Source: Candidatus Lustribacter sp. | GTDB lineage: Bacteria; Vulcanimicrobiota; Vulcanimicrobiia; Vulcanimicrobiales; Vulcanimicrobiaceae | Reading direction: 5' to 3' | Length of the DNA: 64,000 nucleotides | Assembly: GCA_965277805.1 (NCBI GenBank) | Contig: OZ255842.1 | Span: 4,768,001 to 4,832,000, forward strand | Part shown: piece by piece, positions 28,202 through 38,244 of the stretch | Position numbering within the stretch: position 1 is the first letter of the stretch | Layout: the number at the start of each line of letters is the position of its first letter | Notes under the pieces: generated by a model | Databases searched by the model: none | What the model was told of the DNA's origin: nothing | Seen by the model: the letters and a program-made list of their open reading frames with translations, nothing else | Made by a program: the position numbers and the translations under genes

Positions 28202-29089
28202 ATGAATCCCGGCGCGTGGATCGCCGCCTACGTGCTGCAGCACGTTTCGCCGCTATTCTGGCGGCCGCGCAAAGAGCTGTACTTCGGCACCCGCCGCATT
28301 GCGCGGCCGGCTGAGGTTCGCGTTCCGACGCGCCACGGCGAGGTGCGCTGCCTCATATACCGTCCGCCGAACTCGGCGGCGCCGCCGCCCGTGCACGTGC
28401 TGATTCACGGCGGCGGCATGTTCGGCCGTTATCCTGAACAGGACGATCACATCGCTACGTATCTCGCATCGGAGACCGGCGCGGTCGTCGTCAGCATCGA
28501 TTACGACGTCACGCCGCAAGTGCAATATCCGGTGGCAGAGGAAGAATGCTATGACGTTGCGCTGTGGGTTCACGCGAACGCAGCGCCCGGCGGGTGGGAT
28601 CCGGATCGCATCTCGGTCGGCGGCGAGAGCGCCGGCGGCAAGCTCGCGATCAACGTGTGCCAACTCGCGTACGCGGGCGGTGTCTTTCGTCCGTGTGCGC
28701 TCGTCGCGGCATATGCGGTCGCCGACGTCACGCGCACCGATCGCACGTCGAGCAAACGCTTCGCGAAAATTTCGCCTGCGCTGCAGCGCGTGGTCAGCAA
28801 CACGTACTTTGCCGACGCAGGGCGGCGCCGCGAAGCGCTCGCGTCGCCGCTCTTCGATCCGCACTTGGCGCTCGCGCTTCCGGCGACGCTGATCCTGACC
28901 GGCGAGTACGATACGCTCGCTCCCGAGATGGATCGTCTCGCGCAGATGCTCGCTGCGGCCGGAGTACCCGTCGTTCACCGGCAGTTCGCGCGGATCGATC
29001 ACGGATTCACCCACGGACCGCCGGTGGCAACGGCGCGTGAAGCGATTGCTCTGACGGGCGCTCACCTGGCTGCTGCCTACGGGCGATGA
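28202..29089 (+). CDS. esterase/lipase (HSL family alpha/beta hydrolase)
   Basis: HGGG, GESAGG, GEYD, HGF motifs; start uncertain. Confidence 0.88.
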   Translation: MNPGAWIAAYVLQHVSPLFWRPRKELYFGTRRIARPAEVRVPTRHGEVRCLIYRPPNSAAPPPVHVLIHGGGMFGRYPEQDDHIATYLASETGAVVVSIDYDVTPQVQYPVAEEECYDVALWVHANAAPGGWDPDRISVGGESAGGKLAINVCQLAYAGGVFRPCALVAAYAVADVTRTDRTSSKRFAKISPALQRVVSNTYFADAGRRREALASPLFDPHLALALPATLILTGEYDTLAPEMDRLAQMLAAAGVPVVHRQFARIDHGFTHGPPVATAREAIALTGAHLAAAYGR

Positions 29090-29093
29090 CGAC

Positions 29094-29130
29094 GTACGGT
29101 ACCGTACAGGCTTAAAGTACCAAAGCGTAC
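29094..29130. promoter_or_regulatory. two tandem GTAC-N6-GTAC palindromic sites upstream of the desaturase
   Basis: GTACGGTACCGTAC (29094-29107) and GTACCAAAGCGTAC (29117-29130). Confidence 0.5.
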
Positions 29131-29179
29131 AAGAACGCAGGGTCGCGTTCCACACTGGCATCTTTCTAAGCCGGTCTTT

Positions 29180-30058
29180 TTGCAACAATTGAGCAGTGAA
29201 CCCACGGTGCCCGTCCGGATTCCGACGGACGGCAAAGGCACGGGCATCGGGTTACTCATCCTCCATGTGGGGACGCTGCTCGCATTGATTCCGGCGACGT
29301 TCTCGTGGTCGGGTGTCGTGGTGGCGATCGTGCTGTGCAACCTGACCGGCGGCGTCGGGCTCTCGCTCGGCTACCACCGCATGCTTACACACCAGAGTTT
29401 GCGCGTTCCACGCTGGCTCGCGTACACGATCGCGGCGATCGGCGTCCTGGGAATGGAAGGCGGTCCGATCACCTGGGTGGCGACGCATCGGCGCCATCAC
29501 GCAAATTCCGATAGTGCGGGCGATCCGCACAACGGCCGCCGCGGTTTGCGTTGGAGTCAGCTCCTGTGGCTCTATAAGCCCAACGACGCGCGACCGACGC
29601 AAGACGAAATGCTGCATCTCACGCCGGATCTGTCCGCCGATCCGTTCTACCGTTTTTTGGAACGCACGAACATCTTCTGGCAGATCGGCCTCGGCGCGCT
29701 GCTGCTGCTCTTCGGCGGCTGGTCGTGGGTGATCTGGGGCATGTTCGTGCGCGTCGTGTTTACCATCCACGTGACCGGACTCGTGAACAGCGTCGCGCAC
29801 ACCTTCGGCTATCAGACGTATCGCACGGGCGATCAGTCGAGAAACAACTGGTGGGTGGCGATGCTGACCTGGGGCGACGGCTGGCACAACAACCACCACG
29901 CGTTCCCGGCGAGCGCGCGGCACGGGCTGCGCTGGTTCGAACTCGACCCGACGTGGCTTGCGATTTGTTTATTGCGCCGGGTCGGGCTCGCGCGCGACGT
30001 CCATTTCCCGAGCGCGGTCGCAATGGCGCGCGGGCTGGTGAACGGACCGCTGCCCTAG
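29180..30058 (+). CDS. delta-9 type fatty acid desaturase
   Basis: His boxes HRMLTH, HRRHH, HNNHH. Confidence 0.92.
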   Translation: MQQLSSEPTVPVRIPTDGKGTGIGLLILHVGTLLALIPATFSWSGVVVAIVLCNLTGGVGLSLGYHRMLTHQSLRVPRWLAYTIAAIGVLGMEGGPITWVATHRRHHANSDSAGDPHNGRRGLRWSQLLWLYKPNDARPTQDEMLHLTPDLSADPFYRFLERTNIFWQIGLGALLLLFGGWSWVIWGMFVRVVFTIHVTGLVNSVAHTFGYQTYRTGDQSRNNWWVAMLTWGDGWHNNHHAFPASARHGLRWFELDPTWLAICLLRRVGLARDVHFPSAVAMARGLVNGPLP

Positions 30059-30071
30059 AAGCCCGAGCCGA

Positions 30072-31031
30072 ATGGCAATTCCGGTTTCGCGGCGGCTGGA
30101 TTTCTCCGAGATCCCGATCGTCGATGTTGGCGGCCTCGTGGCCGGTGAGGACGATGCGCTAGCGATCGCGCAACTCGGCCGCGCGTGCACCGACGTCGGC
30201 TTCGTGTACGTGAAGCACCACGGCGTTGCTCCGCGGCTCGTCGAGGACGTCGCAACGCAGGCGGCGCGCTTCTTCGCGCGGCCGATGGACGAGAAGCTGA
30301 CGATCACCGTCGACCCGCGCATGCGCGGCTATTTGCCGCTCAACTACACGAGCCTGATCGGTGAGCCCGGTGGCGGCGTGAGCCGGCAAGAGGGCTTTTG
30401 GATCGGCCGCGACGGCGAGCTCGACGCGGTCAATGCGCTCGCCGGACCGAACCGTTGGCTCGCGAGCGAACCGGGTCTCGCGCCCGCAATGTTCGCCTAT
30501 TTCGATGCCGTCGAAAAACTCGGCGATGCGCTGCTGCGCGGCTTCGCGCTCGCGCTGGGTCTGCAGCACGATTTCTTCGCGCCGCTGTTCGCCGCTCCGC
30601 AGTCGCGCTTGAAACTCAACCACTATCCGCCGCAGATGATCGCCGCCGACGAGGGCGACATCGGCGTCGTCGGGCATTCGGATTCGGGCGGCTTCACGAT
30701 CTTGTGGCAAGATGACAACGGCGGCCTCGAGGTACAGTCGCGGAACGGCGATTGGGTCGGCGCGCCGCCGATAGCGGATACGTTCGTGATCAATCTCGGC
30801 AACGTCATGCAGATTTGGACCGGCGGACGCTTTTCATCGACGCCGCACCGCGTCATCAACCGTAGCGGCAGCGACCGGTATTCCATACCGTTGTTCGTCA
30901 ATCCCAATTACGACGCGGCGATCGCGCCGCTCACCGGTGCACCGGATTCCGTGGCGGCGCCGAACTTTGCCGCCTACCAGACGGAAATTTGGCGCAAGAT
31001 CTTCCCCGTCGCGTACGCAGGCCGCTCGTGA
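30072..31031 (+). CDS. 2-oxoglutarate/Fe(II) oxygenase (isopenicillin N synthase family)
   Basis: IPIVD, HSD...STPHRV...RYS. Confidence 0.9.
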   Translation: MAIPVSRRLDFSEIPIVDVGGLVAGEDDALAIAQLGRACTDVGFVYVKHHGVAPRLVEDVATQAARFFARPMDEKLTITVDPRMRGYLPLNYTSLIGEPGGGVSRQEGFWIGRDGELDAVNALAGPNRWLASEPGLAPAMFAYFDAVEKLGDALLRGFALALGLQHDFFAPLFAAPQSRLKLNHYPPQMIAADEGDIGVVGHSDSGGFTILWQDDNGGLEVQSRNGDWVGAPPIADTFVINLGNVMQIWTGGRFSSTPHRVINRSGSDRYSIPLFVNPNYDAAIAPLTGAPDSVAAPNFAAYQTEIWRKIFPVAYAGRS

Positions 31032-31825
31032 ACGTGCACCTCGTCGACGGCACCTACGAATTGTTCCGCCACTTCTTCGCGCTGCCGTCGGCGCGCGACG
31101 CCGAAGGGCGCGAGATCGCGGCGGTGCGCGGGGTCGTTGCGTCGGTCCGGGCGATGGCACGGGAAGGCGCTACGCACATCGGGGTTGCGACCGACCACGT
31201 CATCGAGTCGTTTCGTAACGGCCTGTACGCCGGCTACAAAACCGGCGAGGGGATCGACGCCGATCTGTGGGCGCAGTTTCCGTTGCTCGAAGAAGCGCTG
31301 GCGGCCGCCGGCTTCGCCGTTTGGCCGATGGTGGAATTCGAGGCCGACGACGGTCTCGCCGCCGCGGCCGCCATCGCGAGCGCCGATCCACGCGTGGAAC
31401 GCGTCATCATCGCCACGCCCGACAAGGATCTCGCGCAGTGCGTACGCGGCACGCGCGTCGTGCAGTTGAATCGCCGTACGAACACGTACTTCGATGAAGC
31501 CGGCATCGTGGCGAAATTCGGCGTGCCGCCGGCGAGTATTCCCGACTACCTGGCGCTGGTCGGAGACGCCGCCGATGGTTTTCCAGGACTGCCCGGCTGG
31601 GGCGCCAAATCGGCCGCCCGCGTGCTCTTCCGATACGGACACATCGAAGCGATTCCGGCCGATCCGCGTGATTGGGACGTCACCGTCGCCGGTGCTGCCC
31701 GGCTGGCCCAAACGTTGCAGCGCGAGCGGCAGAACGCGCTGCTCTTTCGCACGCTGGCCACGCTGCGCACCGATATCCCGCTCTTCGACGACGTTGAATC
31801 GCTTCGCTGGCAGGGTGCGCAATGA
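31028..31825 (+). CDS. 5'-3' exonuclease / flap endonuclease
   Basis: LVDGTYELFR, EADD, DKDLAQ, LVGDAADGFPGLPGWGAK. Confidence 0.9.
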   Translation: MNVHLVDGTYELFRHFFALPSARDAEGREIAAVRGVVASVRAMAREGATHIGVATDHVIESFRNGLYAGYKTGEGIDADLWAQFPLLEEALAAAGFAVWPMVEFEADDGLAAAAAIASADPRVERVIIATPDKDLAQCVRGTRVVQLNRRTNTYFDEAGIVAKFGVPPASIPDYLALVGDAADGFPGLPGWGAKSAARVLFRYGHIEAIPADPRDWDVTVAGAARLAQTLQRERQNALLFRTLATLRTDIPLFDDVESLRWQGAQ

Positions 31826-33027
31826 CGATGCAGCGTCGCGTCCTAACGCTCCTGTGGGTCGAGTTCTTCACCGCGTATCTCGACCGGACGAATATCGCGG
31901 TCGCCGGGCCGACGCTGATGAAGTCGCTCGCGATCACGCCGCAACTCTTCGGCTACGTGCTGGCGGCCTTTACGGCCGGATATGCCGTGATGCAAGTGCC
32001 GGGCGGAATGTTGGCCGATCGCTTCGGCGTGCGCCGGGTGCTCGTCGCCGCACTGCTGGTGTGGTCGCTGTTCACCGGACTCACCGCCCTCGCCGCATCG
32101 GCCGGCGCGCTGATCCTGATCCGCTTTTGTTTCGGACTCGGCGAAGGCATCGAGAGCGGCGCGCACTTTCGCGCGCTCGGTGACACCTTCAATTCGCGCG
32201 AGCGCTCGACGGCCAGCGGAATCTTACACACCTCGCTCGCACTCGGGCCGGCGATTGCCGCACCGCTGGCAACTGCCATCATCGGTGCATACGGCTGGCA
32301 GGCGCTGTTCGTCTCGTTTGCGGTACCGGGCGTGATCGTGGCCGCACTCGTATGGGCGTTCTTCCCGAAGACGACGGGTCAACCGCGATCGCACGCCGTG
32401 AAGACGGGCGGCAACCCGCTGCAGCGCGGGCCGCGTTTGTGGTCGATGTTCGCAGCGTACATGTGCTTCAACGTGGCCTTCTGGGGATTGGCGGGCTGGA
32501 TGCCGTCGTATCTCTCGAGCGAGCGGCACATCGAACTCAAAGCGCTCGGCTTCGCTGCCTCGGTGCCGTATGTGTTCGGCTTCGCCGGGCTGCTCGTACT
32601 CGGCTGGGTGGCGCGTACCGTGCTTTACGAACGCCGCGCGCAACTCGTCGCGGGCGCATACGTCCTGGCCGGCATCAGCCTGTTCGTCGCATTTCGGGCC
32701 GGCGACGTCGTGATGTGCATCACGGGTCTTTCGGTCGCCGCGTTTTTCTTGTACGGCAGTTTCGCGCCGTTCTGGGCGGTTTCGCTCGATTTGGCGCCCG
32801 AGGGTTCGCACGGCGCGCTGAGCGGATTCGTCAATCTCGGCGGCCAGATCGGCGGCTTCTTCGCGCCGATCGCCGTCGGCGCGTTCGTCGGGGCGACCCA
32901 TTCGTATGCGGGCGGCTTCGCGCTGATGACGTGCGCGCTCATCGCCGGTGCGTGCGCGGTGTTGTTTGCGCAAGGTGCGTTGCGTTACAGCGATAGTGTG
33001 ACGCCCGCCATTACAATCGTGCAGTAA
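31822..33027 (+). CDS. MFS transporter (anion:cation symporter-like)
   Basis: YLDRTNI, GMLADRFG; about 12 TM helices. Confidence 0.9.
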   Translation: MTMQRRVLTLLWVEFFTAYLDRTNIAVAGPTLMKSLAITPQLFGYVLAAFTAGYAVMQVPGGMLADRFGVRRVLVAALLVWSLFTGLTALAASAGALILIRFCFGLGEGIESGAHFRALGDTFNSRERSTASGILHTSLALGPAIAAPLATAIIGAYGWQALFVSFAVPGVIVAALVWAFFPKTTGQPRSHAVKTGGNPLQRGPRLWSMFAAYMCFNVAFWGLAGWMPSYLSSERHIELKALGFAASVPYVFGFAGLLVLGWVARTVLYERRAQLVAGAYVLAGISLFVAFRAGDVVMCITGLSVAAFFLYGSFAPFWAVSLDLAPEGSHGALSGFVNLGGQIGGFFAPIAVGAFVGATHSYAGGFALMTCALIAGACAVLFAQGALRYSDSVTPAITIVQ

Positions 33028-33085
33028 CGTCGGTTCGTACCGGACGAATATTATCAGCCCTGAACGCATCGTCAGCGCAGACGAG

Positions 33086-33763
33086 GTGATCGATATGCTG
33101 AATTTCTTTGGCGCAAAACCGAAGCCCGACTCATCGAAACTGAGAGCGAAACTGCCCGCGACGCACGCCTTCGTGACGTTCGTCGTGCGGGGAACCGGCA
33201 TCGAGGGCCGGCTCTGTTTCGAAGGCGCGAGCTTGAAGACGTTCCGGACGACGAAGATCGCCGGGATGACGCCCGGCCAGAGCGGCGTGTTCACCTACAG
33301 CAATCAGTTCGGCAAGTTCATGTTTACGGCGCGTCTGGTCTCGCTGAGCGACGATCAAGCGGTGTTCAATCTTCCCGATGAGATCAAGACGGTAGCGAGC
33401 GCTCCGGTGCCGGACCGGCGTGCCGAGGCGCGCATCGATACGACCGTGAGCGCGGAGTGGCGCTTCAAGCCGGTCGGGAAGATCGTCACTTCTTGGAGCA
33501 AGGTCGTGATCAGCGACCTCAGCCGCATGAGCGCGAACATGACCGCCGAGCGCGAATTCAAAGCACAGGACGTCATAGAAGTCCGCATGACCCTGGACGC
33601 TGCGCAGCCGGTGACGATCGACGCGACGATCGTGCGCTCGGAACGGGCCGGGAGCAAGTACAAGGTCGCCCTTGCCTTCCGGCACGTCAACGAAGAAGAC
33701 TCACACCAGATTACGCGCTTCGTGAACAAGCGCATGACGGAGCTGCGCGCCCGCGGCCTCTAG
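33086..33763 (+). CDS. PilZ domain protein (YcgR-like)
   Basis: RRAEAR followed by DLSRMS; N-terminal beta domain. Confidence 0.75.
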   Translation: MIDMLNFFGAKPKPDSSKLRAKLPATHAFVTFVVRGTGIEGRLCFEGASLKTFRTTKIAGMTPGQSGVFTYSNQFGKFMFTARLVSLSDDQAVFNLPDEIKTVASAPVPDRRAEARIDTTVSAEWRFKPVGKIVTSWSKVVISDLSRMSANMTAEREFKAQDVIEVRMTLDAAQPVTIDATIVRSERAGSKYKVALAFRHVNEEDSHQITRFVNKRMTELRARGL

Positions 33764-33820
33764 CGTCCCGATCGTCCCGCAGGGGTAGCACGCCTAGGGC
33801 GCCTTGAATGAGCGCCTGTT

Positions 33821-35023
33821 ATGAAGTGGCGGACCACGCTTTTTATCATGGTGGGCATCCAGGTGCTCAGCGTCGGCTCGTTTTTCTTTGCGCTGCCTTT
33901 CATACCGTTCCAAGTCGAGCAGCTCGGCGTGCACGATCCGGCTGCCGTGGATCTCTGGTCCGGCATCATCTTTTCCATCAACGCGCTGACCGGCGCGCTG
34001 TTCGCGCCGCTGTGGGGCGATGTTGCAGATCGCGTCGGGCGCAAGGCGATGGTGGTTCGTTCGAGCATCTTCGGCGGGCTGACGGCCGCGATGATGGCCT
34101 TCTCCCCGAACGTCTGGCTGCTCACGACGTCACGCGCGCTGATGGGCGTCGCGGGCGGCTTCACCAGCGCTGCGACCGCGCTCGTCGGGTCGATCGTGCC
34201 CGAATCCGAACTCGGCTTCGCCCTGGGCTGGATGACGACGGGGCAAATCGTCGGCACGCTGCTCGGGCCGCTGGTCGGCGGCGTGATCATCGACCGTTCG
34301 CACGACTACCGGTCGATCTACTTGCTCACGACGCTCGGAACGTGGACGTGTGCCTTTCTCTGCTGGCGCTTCGTGCGGGAAGACTTCGTGCGCGCGGTTC
34401 CCTCGTCGGCGCCGCGGGTGCCGATCTGGCGGCAGTTCGCCGCGATCGTGCGCGCGCCGGAGATGATGCCGATGTTCGCAATGCTCGTGCTGGGACAGGT
34501 CGCGATCCTCTCGACGACACCGGTGATCGCGCTCTACGTGCGCCAGCTGGTCGGACCATCGCCGCTGATCGGCGCGTATGTCGGCGCATCCTTCGCCGTG
34601 ATGGGCATCGCCGATCTCTTGGCCTCGCCGTTTCTCGGCAAACGCAGCGACAAGATCGGGTATCGCCGCGTATTGCTCATCTCGGTTGCCGGCGCGGCGA
34701 TTTGCACGGTTCCGCAAGCGTTCGTGCACGACATCCGATGGTTCTTGGCGTTGCGCTTCGGCGTCGGGATCTTTCTCGGCGGGATCATTCCGACCGCGAT
34801 CGCGTGGATCGGCCGGCAGTTTCCGGCCGAGCAGCGCGGGCGCGTGTACGGCGTCACGTACAGCGCGATGTTCCTCGGCCAGTTCGTCGGCCCGGCGTTC
34901 GGCGGTGCGCTTGCAGCGCGCTTCGGGATCGCATCGGTGTTTATCGCGACGAGCGCGTTCATGGTGCTGAACTTTATATGGGTTGCGCGCGGGGTGCGGG
35001 AGCAGAAGCCTGCCGAGGCATAG
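33821..35023 (+). CDS. MFS transporter (MdtG-like)
   Basis: PLWGDVADRVGRK, LGKRSDKIG. Confidence 0.9.
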   Translation: MKWRTTLFIMVGIQVLSVGSFFFALPFIPFQVEQLGVHDPAAVDLWSGIIFSINALTGALFAPLWGDVADRVGRKAMVVRSSIFGGLTAAMMAFSPNVWLLTTSRALMGVAGGFTSAATALVGSIVPESELGFALGWMTTGQIVGTLLGPLVGGVIIDRSHDYRSIYLLTTLGTWTCAFLCWRFVREDFVRAVPSSAPRVPIWRQFAAIVRAPEMMPMFAMLVLGQVAILSTTPVIALYVRQLVGPSPLIGAYVGASFAVMGIADLLASPFLGKRSDKIGYRRVLLISVAGAAICTVPQAFVHDIRWFLALRFGVGIFLGGIIPTAIAWIGRQFPAEQRGRVYGVTYSAMFLGQFVGPAFGGALAARFGIASVFIATSAFMVLNFIWVARGVREQKPAEA

Positions 35024-35032
35024 AAGGTTCAA

Positions 35033-36034
35033 ATGATCAACGCGATTCGCATTCACCGCAACGGCGAACCGGACGAGATGCAATGGGAAGAGATCGAGCT
35101 TCCCGCGCCTTCGGCCGGCCAGGTACGCGTGCGACATACCGCAATCGCGCTCAACTACTCCGACGTCAACGTGCGGCGCGGCGGTTTCTACATCACCCCG
35201 CCGTCGGCGTTTCCGTTGATTCTTGGCAACGAGGCGGCGGGTGTCGTCGTATCCGTCGGCACCGGCGTCAGCACCGTCAAGCCCGGCGACCGGGTGGCGT
35301 ACGTCGGCGTCGGCGGGCCTTTTTACGAAGACACCGGGTCGTATGCGGAAGAGCGCAACGTGCCGGCTTCGTGCCTTATCAAGCTTCCGGCCGGGGTGAG
35401 CGAACATCAGGCGGCGGCCTTACTACTGAAGGGGCTGACCGCCTCGCTCGTGATCAATCGCATTCACCGGCCGAAGCCGGGCGAAACGATCCTCGTTCAC
35501 GCGGCGGCCAGCGGCGTCGGAACTCTCTTAACGCAGTGGGCGAAGCACCTCGGCGCCACCGTGATCGGCACGGTCGGCAGCAGCGAAAAAGCGGCGTTCG
35601 TGCGCGAGCATGGCTGCGACCACGCGATTCTCTATCGCGAGACCGACTTCGTTGCGGCGGTGAAGGCTATCGTTCCGGCCGGCGTGCACGCCGTGTTTGA
35701 CGGCGTGGGTAAAGACACGTTCATCGCGTCGTTCGACTGCACGCGGCCGTTCGGCATGCTCGTCAATTACGGGAATGCCTCCGGCCACGTTCCGCCGGTC
35801 GATCTGTTGCTGCTCGCCAAGAAGGGCTCGCTGTCGGTCTGCCGTCCGGCCTATAGTTCGCATGTTGCGGATCCGGACGACTATCGCGTTGCGTGCGATG
35901 AACTCTTCGATCTCGTGCAGCGCGGTGTGCTGCGCGTCGAAGCCGGCCGCAGCTACGCGCTGCGCGACGCCGCCGAGGCGCATCGCGATCTCGAAGCGCG
36001 CCGCACCGCCGGGTCAACCGTGCTCGTTCCCTAA
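35033..36034 (+). CDS. NADPH:quinone oxidoreductase (zeta-crystallin family)
   Basis: GNEAAG, HAAASGVG, FDGVGK, YGNASG. Confidence 0.9.
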   Translation: MINAIRIHRNGEPDEMQWEEIELPAPSAGQVRVRHTAIALNYSDVNVRRGGFYITPPSAFPLILGNEAAGVVVSVGTGVSTVKPGDRVAYVGVGGPFYEDTGSYAEERNVPASCLIKLPAGVSEHQAAALLLKGLTASLVINRIHRPKPGETILVHAAASGVGTLLTQWAKHLGATVIGTVGSSEKAAFVREHGCDHAILYRETDFVAAVKAIVPAGVHAVFDGVGKDTFIASFDCTRPFGMLVNYGNASGHVPPVDLLLLAKKGSLSVCRPAYSSHVADPDDYRVACDELFDLVQRGVLRVEAGRSYALRDAAEAHRDLEARRTAGSTVLVP

Positions 36035-36040
36035 CGCGCG

Positions 36041-36424
36041 TCATTTCGCGCGCACGCGGTTGTTTTTCGGCTTGTGCTCGAGCTCGACCAGGCCGAGCTT
36101 CTCGAGGACCGGCGGCACGTACATCGCAAACCGGCCGCGCAAGCCTTTCTTCAGGCCATACCAGCCGCCGGCGGGATTCTCCGGATCGCGGGCCCACGCT
36201 TCGAGCGTTCCGGGTGCCGCCGGCTTCTGTTCGTCGGCGCTGCCGAGTACGACCCAATCGCCGGCCGCCTTCAGGAACGCCGTTGCGTCCTCGATGCAGC
36301 GCAACTGATACCGCAGTTGCGTCTTCCCGACTTGCACGACCAGCGCCGGCGGATCGGCCTCGGCTTCGCGCCACGCCTCATATTCCGACGTGCCCGTGGG
36401 CGTTTTGAGCAGCCACTTGTCCAT
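36041..36424 (-). CDS. conserved hypothetical protein (DUF6855-like)
   Basis: WLLKTP.GTSEY, LGSADEQKPA, GWYGLKKGLRGRF. Confidence 0.75.
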   Translation of the reverse strand: MDKWLLKTPTGTSEYEAWREAEADPPALVVQVGKTQLRYQLRCIEDATAFLKAAGDWVVLGSADEQKPAAPGTLEAWARDPENPAGGWYGLKKGLRGRFAMYVPPVLEKLGLVELEHKPKNNRVRAK

Positions 36425-36433
36425 GGGGCAGAA

Positions 36434-36451
36434 GGTAACATAAATGTTACC
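36434..36451. promoter_or_regulatory. palindromic operator GGTAACAT-AA-ATGTTACC
   Basis: Perfect 8-bp inverted repeat about 10 nt upstream of the start codon at 36424. Confidence 0.65.
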
Positions 36452-36469
36452 AAGCCGCAATGGCCGCCA

Positions 36470-37414
36470 TTAGGTCGTAACGATGAGCTCGCTTGCGTCC
36501 ACGTGGCGCGTCAAGCCGCCGTACGTCAGCGCCGTGTCGAGCACGGGCTGGATCAACTGCGGTTCCAATGCGGTCGCGAAATTGACGCGGCGCATCTTGC
36601 GAATGAGCTCGACGTCGATCTTCGTGTACTTCGCGAGGATCGCCGCCGAGGCGTCGTGATGGCTGTTGGCCCAGCGCGCGGTCGTATAGATTGCGTCCGT
36701 CAGGCGTTTGGCAAGAGCCGGATTCGCGGTCAGCCAGCTGCGAGTTGAGAACCAGTCGCTGATCAGGAAGCGTTTGCCGACGGCGTCGTAGGGTGCCGCG
36801 AGCCGGCGCACTGCCGTTCCCGCGCTGCTTAAAAACGGTTCGCCGAAGTGCGCGCCCGCGACCGTGCCGCGCTCGAGCGCGGGCACCATTTGAATTGTCG
36901 GAAGTTCGATAAACGTGACCCGGGCGAGATTCGCGCCGTTCTTGACCAGCCAGGCCTTCACTGCCATGGCGCTCAGCGCCGTGATCGCAGGTACGGCGAT
37001 GGTTTGACCTTCGAAATCTTTGGCCACGCGGAAAGGAGCGTTGCCGGCGACGCAAAGCACCGTGCTCGGCGTCGCGGTTTCGTAGAGCCCACCGCCGGCG
37101 AAGACTGCCAACGGCAACCCGTGCACGACGGCATTGGCAAGTTCGGTCGCCTCGCCGAGCCCGACGTCGATTGCGCCGCCGATGCACGCCGCCGCTTGCG
37201 CGGCGCCATTCGGAAAGGTTTGAACTTTCGACGTTGAGTCCGGCGGCTGCAAACAGCCCGCCATCGACGCCGTATAAGCCCTCGCCGAACGTGTCGGCGA
37301 CGTTCTGACCGATCCGAATCGCCGGGCCCTGTTGCGCGCGCGCGAATCGTGGTGCAAGTGTGCCGGCGGCCGTGGCCGCAACAAACGCGAGCGACTGCCG
37401 GCGAGTAAGGCCAT
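36470..37414 (-). pseudogene. NitT/TauT-family substrate-binding protein, frameshifted
   Basis: Tat-like LTRRQSLAF and GLFAAAGLNVE in one frame, VQTFPNGAA...GAIDVG in another; switch at an A run (37226-37228); may be a sequencing error. Confidence 0.7.
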
Positions 37415-37835
37415 TGCCGGTAACCTTTGCTGCGAGCGCGGCGAGGACGAGATCCCACGAGCGTTCGTAGCCGCCGGCGTTCGCGTCGTACGCGGCTTGC
37501 GGCGCAGCACCGCCGCCGTGACTCACGGTCACGCGCGTGCCGCCGTCGACCGCTTCGAACTCCACCTCGACGAACGTCGGCTGGTCCGGCCCCGTGCCGG
37601 GATACCAATCCAGCGCGAGCCGATGCGGTGGCGCAAAGGCACGCACGCGTCCCAACTGCACTTCCGTGCCGTCGGCCGCGCGTTCGAAGAACGGTCCGTC
37701 CGGTTCGATGCGAATGATGCTTGCATCGTCATCGGTGTGCCGGCGTTCGCTCGGCCACCACTCGCCCGCGCGTTGGGTGAATAGCGTGAAGGCGCGCTGC
37801 GGCTCGCAGCGCAGCACGATGCTCTTAACGATCAT
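37415..37835 (-). CDS. SRPBCC/AHSA1 domain protein (no stop; reads into the SBP frame)
   Basis: AFTLFT...EWWP, GRVRAFAPPHRL, VEVEFEAVDGGTRVTVSH, SWDLVL. Confidence 0.75.
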
Positions 37836-38125
37836 TCGCCGGCCAGCGTCTCGAGCCGTGCCAGCGCGACGTCCCAGAAGCTGTCGATGTAATCGCGCAC
37901 CGCGCGGAACCCTTTGAGCCGCACGGCATAGACGTTTTGCGTTCCACGCTCTTCCGGCACGACGAGCCCGGCATCTTGAAGCACCCGTAAGTGGCGTGAG
38001 ATCGCCGGCCGGCTGACATCGAAATGCAGCGCGAGCTCGCCCACCGGCAGCGGCGAGCGGCGCAGTTCGTTGAGGATTTCGCGCCGCAGCGGGTTTCCGA
38101 GCGCGTCGAGCGCGTGAACGTCCAT
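37832..38125 (-). CDS. ArsR/SmtB family transcriptional regulator
   Basis: ALGNPLRREIL, VGELA, SRPAISRHLRVL. Confidence 0.9.
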   Translation of the reverse strand: MDVHALDALGNPLRREILNELRRSPLPVGELALHFDVSRPAISRHLRVLQDAGLVVPEERGTQNVYAVRLKGFRAVRDYIDSFWDVALARLETLAGE

Positions 38126-38135
38126 ACTACGCCAA

Positions 38136-38164
38136 ATCGTAACACTCGCGTTACCGAGTTGCAA
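38136..38164 (-). promoter_or_regulatory. sigma70-like promoter with GTAAC-N6-GTTAC operator
   Basis: Minus-strand TTGCAA-N17-TACGAT; GTAACACTCGCGTTAC at 38139-38154. Confidence 0.6.
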
Positions 38165-38244
38165 GGACGAGCCGGGTCTCGCGCGCCCGTCTTGAGGGCC
38201 TGTTCCGGCAGGACCGCTTTTAGGGTACCGGAACGGACCAGGCG

